Source of the DNA: Nitrososphaerota archaeon
Lineage (GTDB): Archaea > Thermoproteota > Nitrososphaeria_A > Caldarchaeales > Calditenuaceae
Reading direction: 5' to 3'
Assembly (NCBI GenBank): GCA_033581555.1
Contig: JAVQSZ010000004.1
Location: forward strand, 93,758-157,757
DNA length: 64,000 nt
Below are positions 57,615-64,000 of the stretch, piece after piece. The position numbers were made by a program, and so were the translations under genes. The first letter of the stretch is position 1. Each line of letters begins with the position of its first letter. The notes under the pieces were generated by a model that was not told the origin of the DNA, searched no databases, and saw only the letters and a program-made list of their open reading frames with translations.

Positions 57615-58259
57615 TTGGTCGAGAGGGACTCGGCGTCGACCGTCACCTACTCGCTGATAATAGCCAACGCGGTCGCCTTCGTCGCGTCGCTGGTCGTCGG
57701 ACAGGCGTGGGTCGTGACGAACTTCGGGGCTGTACCATACCTGATCCTCTTCAGGATGGAGGTCTACAGACTCCTGACCTCGATGTTCCTCCACGCCGAC
57801 TTCCTCCACATCCTCTTCAACATGTGGGCCCTCTTCATCTTCGGGCGCGACATAGAGCTGGTCGCGGGGAGGAGGGCCTTCGCGTTGATCTACCTGGTTA
57901 GCGGGCTCGTCGGCGGGATCGCTTACGCGGTCTACATGGCATGGTACGCATCGCTCTTCGACAGGACGGCCCTTTTCATTCCGGCGATAGGCGCCTCCGG
58001 AGCAGTCTTCGGCGTGATGGGTGCGTTCGCGGTCCTCTTTCCCACGAGGCCCCTCGCGATGTTCTTCTACTTCATACCGATCGTCGCGCCGGCCTTCGTC
58101 GCGATCATGCTGATGGGCCTGCTGCAGACGATGCTGGCCCTGGTTCTGCCCTTCAGTCAGGTCGCGTACACAGCACACGTCGGCGGTCTGGCGGTCGGGC
58201 TGGTCGCGGGAGTTGTGCTCAGGCCGCTCCTGTACAGGAGATACTACGTCATCTACTGA
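57615..58259 (+). CDS. Rhomboid intramembrane serine protease
   Basis: SMFLH...HILFNM, IGASGA, AHVGG. Confidence 0.93.
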   Translation: MVERDSASTVTYSLIIANAVAFVASLVVGQAWVVTNFGAVPYLILFRMEVYRLLTSMFLHADFLHILFNMWALFIFGRDIELVAGRRAFALIYLVSGLVGGIAYAVYMAWYASLFDRTALFIPAIGASGAVFGVMGAFAVLFPTRPLAMFFYFIPIVAPAFVAIMLMGLLQTMLALVLPFSQVAYTAHVGGLAVGLVAGVVLRPLLYRRYYVIY

Positions 58260-58605
58260 ATTTCAGGGTAACAGACGAGCGGTGCGGCCCAAAACCGGGT
58301 TGAGAGTGGGAGCGTGAGGCGGAGCGCGGCACCTATCATCCTCATCAGGTCTGCCAGGCCCACGATCGCCGTCGCGAACAGTAGCACGAACAGGAAGAGC
58401 GCAATCGCCGATATCACCTCCCACAGCTCCGGCACGGCGCTACGAGCCCGATCCACGTTATTTATGTTGTCTTCCCGCCAGCCCGTGCGGCCGCCAGTCC
58501 ATCGGTGCGTTTATTAGAGAGCTCTCTCACATTCTACAGTTGGCGTGAACGCCGTGGGCGATGACCCGCGGCGGGATGCGGGAGCTCGTGCTGTGACCGC
58601 GTCAT

Positions 58606-58640
58606 GGGAGGGCGTTGGAGCGCGGCAAGATAGGGCGCGC
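58606..58640 (+). other. 5' arm of the 23S pre-rRNA BHB processing stem
   Basis: GGGAGGGCGTTGGAGCGC-GGCA-AGA-TAGGGCGCGC pairs with 62533-62566. Confidence 0.85.
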
Positions 58641-58870
58641 CTTGGCCCGAGCAGGGGTACGCCGGCCGGTGGATGCCTCGGCTTGGGCGCCGAAGAAGGA
58701 CGTGGCAAGCTGCGATAAGCTCCGGGTACCCGCAGGCAGGGGTGGATCCGGAGATCTCCCAATGGGACCTCCTGCGGTGGGCTTCGGCTCGCCGCGTTCC
58801 CGGGCTCAAGCCTGGGATCGGGGACCCCCCGAACGGAAGCATCCAAGTAGGGGGAGGAGGAGAAATCAAA

Positions 58871-58904
<34 letters not shown>

Positions 58905-60694
58905 GCAGCCCAAACCGAACCCCCTGGGGAAACTCAGGGGGAATGTGGGGTTATGGGCCGGAGGCCCGCCCTGAAGACCGAGCCGAACTCCCCTGGAATG
59001 GGGGGCCAAAGAGGGTGAAAGCCCCGTAGGCGAAGGTCGGATGGGCGATGCTCTGGACCCAGAGTACCGCACCTCGGATATGGTGCGGGAAGTCGGGGGC
59101 CACTGGCCTCCAAGGCTAAATACGTCCCAAGACCGATAGCGGACCAGTAGCGTGAGCGAAAGGTGAAAAGTACCCCGGGAGGGGGGTGAAAAGCGCCTGA
59201 AACCGGCCGGTAACAGACGTGGGCGGCCCGAAAGGGAAATCCCCGTCAAGGCCTCGATGAGGGGCCGCGCGGGGACAATCCCAGGGTCGCCCGCTCCGTC
59301 TTGAAACACGGGCCGGGGAGTTCACGGGTGTGGCGAGTCTAAGGGTGAAAGCCCGAAGGCGTAGGGAAACCGACGTGCCCGCGGCGGCCTTGAGCCGCGA
59401 GGGGCGGGGTCCGAAAGGGCCTGTAGCCACGCCCGTGAGGCTAGAAACCGGGCGATCTAGCCCTGGGCAGGGTGAAGCCGGGGGAAACCCCGGTCGAGGC
59501 CCGAATAGGGGTCCTGACGTGCAATTCGGTCCCCTGACCTGGGGCTAGGAGTCAAAAGCTAACCGAGCCCGGTGATAGCTAGTTCCCCCCGAAGTGTCTC
59601 GCAGGACAGCCTCGGGGGAGGTTGCCTGCGGGGTAGGGCACTGATGGGGGAGAAAGGGGCCGGCGAGGCCCCGCTCTCCTTTCAAACTACGAACCCGCGG
59701 GCGCCGTAGATCCCGGGAGTGGGGTACCGGGGGTAAGCTCCGGGACCGAGAGGGGAACAACCCAGACCCCGGGTTAAGGCCCCGAAGTGCCCGCTAAGTG
59801 ACAAACCGAAGGGCGTCTCCACCCTGAGACAGCGGGGCCGTAGGCTTAGAAGCAGCCATCGGCTAAGAAGTGCGTAACAGCTTACCCGCCGAGGGTGGGG
59901 GCCCCGAAAATTGACGGGTCTAAGCGGGCCGCCGAAACCCGGGCTCACCCGCGCCGTGCGCGGGCGGGGGTAGGGGGGCGTGGCGGTCGGGCGGAAGCGG
60001 GGCCGTGAGGTCCCGTGGACCGGTCGCCAATGTAGATCCCGGTGGTAGTAGACAGCGAAGAGGGGTGGGAATCCCCTCCGCCGGAAGGGCACGGGTTCCC
60101 CGGCAATGCGTCGTCAGCCGGGGGTAAGCCGGTCCTAAGGCCGACCTTAACCGGGTAGGCCGAAGGGGAAGCCGGTTAAGATTCCGGCGCCTCCCGGGTA
60201 GTCGCGGCGACGCAAGCCGGGCCCCTGACGCTTCGGGGTAGGCTGACCGGGGCCGTAGCTCCGGCCAAGCGCTGAAGCCTGGGGAGTGCCGTAAAGGCGA
60301 GAACCAGGTGAAGGCGCGACGGGGCGGCGTATGCCGCTTCGGTCGATCCCTGGAGCCCGTGAAAAGGGGGTCCGGTTCGATCCCGGGAGACCGTACCTAG
60401 ATCCGACACTGGTGCCCCTGGCTGAGAAGGCCAAGGCGTCTGGGGTGACTCCGGGCCAGGGAACTCGGCAAATTAGCCCCGTAACCTCGGGAGAAGGGGT
60501 GCCTGCTTTCCTCTCCGACGAGGAGGGGTTGGCAGGTCGCAGTGACAAGGGGGTCCTGACTGTTTAATAAAAACATAGGAAGCCGCGAGGCCGAAAGGCT
60601 TCGAACGGCTTCTGAATCCTGGCCAGCACCGGTACCTGAAACCCGGGTCCAACCGGGATAAGGGCCGGCTAGCGCCGGGGGTAATCCTGACCCT

Positions 60695-61517
60695 CGGGTA
60701 AGGGGGTCGTTAAACGCGGCTGTATGCGGGGAAGGGGGAGGTCCTGGATACCCTCGGGGTAACAACTCCATGACCGGTGATCCCGACCCGCAGGAAACCG
60801 CCCCGTGAACGGCTAATACCGGACGTCGCTCAGACAACTCGGTGACCCTCGCCTACCTGATCGGCGTCATGCTCGGAGACGGCGGCGTCTACGGCAACTA
60901 TTACACCGTCTTCTGCAGGGACCAGTCCTTTGAGTTCGTCGAATACGTCGCCCGACTCGTGGAGGAACTCTTCGGGATAAGGCCGAACGTGAGGAGGGCA
61001 GGCTCGAATAACTACGTCGCCTCGACGAACGTCCGCTGGGTCCACAACTTCCTTCTGAGGATAGGGTTCCCGAAGGGGCGGAAGCTCGTCAACGCCGAGA
61101 TACCGCCGCTCTTCAGGGAAAGCCTGGACGTCGTCAGGGGGCTCTTCGACACCGAGGGCTACGTCGGGGTCGACGTTCAGCGGCACGGCGAGAGAGAGTA
61201 TCGGTACCCATACGTCGGTTTCGACGCGATCGCGAGACCCCTCGTCGTCCAATCGCACCACATCCTCTCCGCCAACGGGATCCAGTCCACCTACTCCCTG
61301 AAACGACCTCATGCGTGGGGGAAACACCAGCAGTGGAGGCTGCAGGTCAAGGGATGGGAGAACGTGGAGCTGTTCCGCGAGAAGGTAGGGTTCAGGCATC
61401 CCGTCAAGGCGGCAAGGATCGAGCAGATTTTGCGTGAGGGCGGGATCCTCAGAGACCATACGCCGCGCACCCGTCAGGGGTGATGATATGGTCCACCACC
61501 AACTCCTGTTGGTGGAG
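60695..61517 (+). mobile_element. Group I self-splicing intron at 23S position ~L1923 (823 nt)
   Basis: 5' exon ends in U paired to G in P1 (GACCCU/GGGGUC); P10 UAAG/CUUA; P3 CGCGGC/GCCGCG; P4 UGCGGG/CCCGCA; R CAGAGACCA and S GAUAUGGUCC (P7 GACCA/UGGUC); P8 and P9 hairpins; terminal G. Confidence 0.9.
60842..61483 (+). CDS. Intron-encoded double-motif LAGLIDADG homing endonuclease
   Basis: LAYLIGVMLGDGGV and VVRGLFDTEGYV motifs; VGFRHPVK tail. Confidence 0.92.
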   Translation: MTLAYLIGVMLGDGGVYGNYYTVFCRDQSFEFVEYVARLVEELFGIRPNVRRAGSNNYVASTNVRWVHNFLLRIGFPKGRKLVNAEIPPLFRESLDVVRGLFDTEGYVGVDVQRHGEREYRYPYVGFDAIARPLVVQSHHILSANGIQSTYSLKRPHAWGKHQQWRLQVKGWENVELFREKVGFRHPVKAARIEQILREGGILRDHTPRTRQG

Positions 61518-61823
61518 CTTAAGGTAGCCAAATGCCTTGTCGGGTAAGTTCCGACGCGCATGAATGGATCAACGAGGGCCCCACTGTCCCGGCCCGGAGC
61601 CCCGTGAACCCACGTAACGTGGACGAACAGTCCACGAGCCCCCAGCGGGGAGAGAAGACCCTGTGGAGCTTTACTGCAGCCTGTCGCTGCGGGACGGCTC
61701 TGGGTGCATAGCGTAGCCGGGAGCCGTCGATCCGGACCTCTCCGGGGGTCCGGGGAGGCGCCAATGTAACACCGGCCACCTGGGGCTGTCCCGCTAACCG
61801 GGGCCTGTGCCCTGGGACAACGG

Positions 61824-61854
<31 letters not shown>

Positions 61855-62532
61855 CCCGAAAAGATATCGGGGGAGCCCAAAGGTCGGCTCAAGCGGGACA
61901 GAAACCCGCTGTAGAGTGCAAGGGCAAAAGCCGGCCTGACAGGACCCTCGAACGCAAGGGGTCCTGAGGGGAAACCCGGGCCTAGCGATCCATCGGCCCC
62001 TACCAGTGGGGGCCGGTGGTGACAGAAAAGTTACCCCAGGGATAACAGGCTCGTCGCGGGCGAGAGTCCCCATCGACCCCGCGGCTTGGTACCTCGATGT
62101 CGGCTCTTCCCATCCTGGCCTCGCAGCAGGGGCCAAGGGTGAGGCTGCTCGCCTATCAAAGGGGAACGTGAGCTGGGTTTAGACCGGCGTGAGCCAGGTC
62201 GGATTCTACCTGCTGGGGGTGCGGGCCGCCTGAGGGTAGGGCCCTCCTAGTACGAGAGGAACGGAGGGCCGGGGCCAACGGTGTACCGGTCGTCCTACAG
62301 GGCGACGCCGGGCAGCCGCGCCCCTGGGGATAAGGGCTGAAAGCATCTAAGCCCGAAGCCACTCCCAAAAATAGGCGGCCGATCGGGGCCTATAGGGCCC
62401 GGTAACGGGCCTTGGGCCCCGACGAGGGCTCCCCTAGAAGAGGGGGTTGATGGGGTGGGCGTGTAAGGGCGGAGGCGTACGCCGGACGCCCTCAGCGCGC
62501 CGCTCCCAATCGCCCGAGCTGCTCGGATCCCA

Positions 62533-62566
62533 GCGCGCCCTATGTCAAAGCGCTCCACGCCCTCCC
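62533..62566 (+). other. 3' arm of the 23S pre-rRNA BHB processing stem
   Basis: GCGCGCCCTA-TGTC-AAA-GCGCTCCACGCCCTCCC, followed by T-rich tracts (possible terminator). Confidence 0.85.
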
Positions 62567-62652
62567 GTCCGTTTTCTATCGTTTTTTGCGATCAGAGAGG
62601 AACGTGGTACGCACGACTTCTTTGGAGGATCGGTGTATATCGGAAACGCTCG

Positions 62653-63552
62653 TCAACCTGATGACCGATCAAACTCCCAGACGACCGTAATTGCCCTATC
62701 GCCTATTACTTTAGTTATTCTTCCCTTTCCGAAAGCTTTTTCAAGAGTCTTCAGCAAATCTTGGTAACCCCTCTCGCCGAATCTATGTATTTGTAGCGCG
62801 AGTTTGCGCACGTTGTAGGTGGGAAGTTTTAGAAGTTGGTCGACTAAGAAGTATTCACATCCTTCACAATTGATCTTGACGACAGAAGGTTTGTACGTGT
62901 TCACTAGATCCAGCAAATCCAGAACGGGAACATCTAAGAATTCATTTGCGTCTTGAGCCTTCTTGATGCCGTACCCTTGACTCCCGACAAGATCGGGTAT
63001 ATTGGGGACCTTTGAACCGACTGAACCTAAAATCGGAACTACTGGCAGCCCCTTACAGTTCTCTAATAGAAGCTGATAATGCTCGGGAACAGGTTCAACA
63101 GCCACAACCTTGGCAGCCCCTTTGTATATCCAATACAAGGGAGTGTCTCCTATGTAGGCGCCTATATCAAGAATCACTTCGTCCCTTACGTCAAAGTCGT
63201 AGCCTTTCTCAAGGGACTCCTCATCTGACAACACTATGTTGGGGTTGGATAGCATACTAATTGGAACTTTGATAACGTGGCCAAAGTACTTGACCCCGAT
63301 TTCTTTGTCATCGATGTGCACTATCTTGTCGGAGGTGTGGACTACTCTAACCAAAATCTTTAATAAGGTTCTTCCATTCATCGATAGCCGAGCTCCTCCG
63401 CGCAATTCGAAGACTGAAGGGCGCCTCAATGCAGCGAATAACAGCAGCTTATACCAGTTTCTCACCAATCTTCTCGCAACTTGATAAGCTCTATAATACT
63501 GCTTTAGCTTGCGCACGAACATCTCAAACACAAATACGATACCGACGATCAA
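62653..63552 (-). CDS. FkbM family methyltransferase (low-GC)
   Basis: ILDIGAYIGD, VVAVEP, VKINCEGCEY; markedly AT-rich; start uncertain. Confidence 0.88.
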   Translation of the reverse strand: MIVGIVFVFEMFVRKLKQYYRAYQVARRLVRNWYKLLLFAALRRPSVFELRGGARLSMNGRTLLKILVRVVHTSDKIVHIDDKEIGVKYFGHVIKVPISMLSNPNIVLSDEESLEKGYDFDVRDEVILDIGAYIGDTPLYWIYKGAAKVVAVEPVPEHYQLLLENCKGLPVVPILGSVGSKVPNIPDLVGSQGYGIKKAQDANEFLDVPVLDLLDLVNTYKPSVVKINCEGCEYFLVDQLLKLPTYNVRKLALQIHRFGERGYQDLLKTLEKAFGKGRITKVIGDRAITVVWEFDRSSG

Positions 63553-63563
63553 TACTTTAACTT

Positions 63564-63737
63564 TTAGGTTACCTGATGGAAAACATCAACATATTCAACC
63601 ATCTCGTTTCAATCGAATTTTGTGGCAAATTTCACACCATTATTCGCCATTCGCGTCGCCGCCTTGCTGTCGTTCAGTAAGCCTATGACGGCCTCCGCTA
63701 TCGCTTCCACGTCGACGTGCGAGTATCCCTTAACGTA
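63564..63737 (-). pseudogene. GT4 glycosyltransferase C-terminal remnant
   Basis: DVEAIAEAVIGLLND...MANNGVKFATKFD*NEM, with a stop at the typical FxW tryptophan (63609-63611); no intact upstream frame. Confidence 0.6.
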
Positions 63738-64000
63738 CTAGAATCTCTCGAAGTCCTCGAGCCTCTTCCCTCGGCCGGAGGCCGAAGAGCGTGTTACCCA
63801 GGCATCCAGTCACGTGGGCAACTATCGAGGTTTCTCGCGCTCGTAGGCGCCACGCGGTCTTGTCTTCCCGCAGACTGGTGATCCTTGCAACCAGTGCCGC
63901 TCATCGGCGAAGCGGAAATTACGTGGGCGGCCTTGACATCGCCATGCCCCAGCTCAGGCCTCAGGACTTGGCTCCAAAGATCCAGCACACGAACCTCAAC

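Noticed and set aside
58253-58456. 67-aa hydrophobic ORF (possible pilin-like fragment)
   Set aside because: No clear class III cleavage motif or family signature; cannot be supported
60710-60717. 8-bp pairing of the sRNA second guide (GCGUUUGA) with intron UUAAACGC
   Set aside because: Too short, includes a G-U pair, and is expected by chance
60695-61517. BHB-type archaeal rRNA intron
   Set aside because: Intron ends do not form a bulge-helix-bulge, whereas group I P1/P3/P4/P7/P9 and the terminal G are all present

Overview
GC-rich archaeal chromosome segment, most consistent with a TACK archaeon (Aigarchaeota/Caldarchaeales-like; inferred from gene types, not from a search). It is densely coding and mostly housekeeping: SecE-Spt5, L30e-NusA, P0/P1, AlaRS, SerRS, Pelota, aIF5A, TFS, EndA, archease, lipid, polyamine, thiamine and central-carbon enzymes, with normally conserved operons broken up. 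RNA genes: intron-containing tRNA-Pro(UGG), tRNA-Gln(UUG, two introns) and tRNA-Phe(GAA), RNase P RNA, and a stand-alone 23S rRNA gene with a BHB processing stem. The main highlight is an 823-nt insertion in the 23S gene at E. coli position ~1923 with every hallmark of a self-splicing group I intron (not an archaeal BHB intron), carrying a double-motif LAGLIDADG ORF that overlaps the ribozyme core. About 41 kb upstream lies an unannotated C/D-box-like small RNA whose guide is complementary to helix 69 immediately 5' of that splice site. Other oddities: a methanogen-type SerRS, an isocitrate lyase with RRCGH beside prpD/citrate synthase, a His-less metal-binding protein fused to its permease behind a perfect 16-bp palindrome, a circularly permuted YeeE, a radical SAM gene with a tiny Cys/His partner ORF, an archaellin pseudogene and a low-GC FkbM/glycosyltransferase-remnant island. 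No CRISPR array or transposase was seen. All calls come from manual motif reading; no database search was run.
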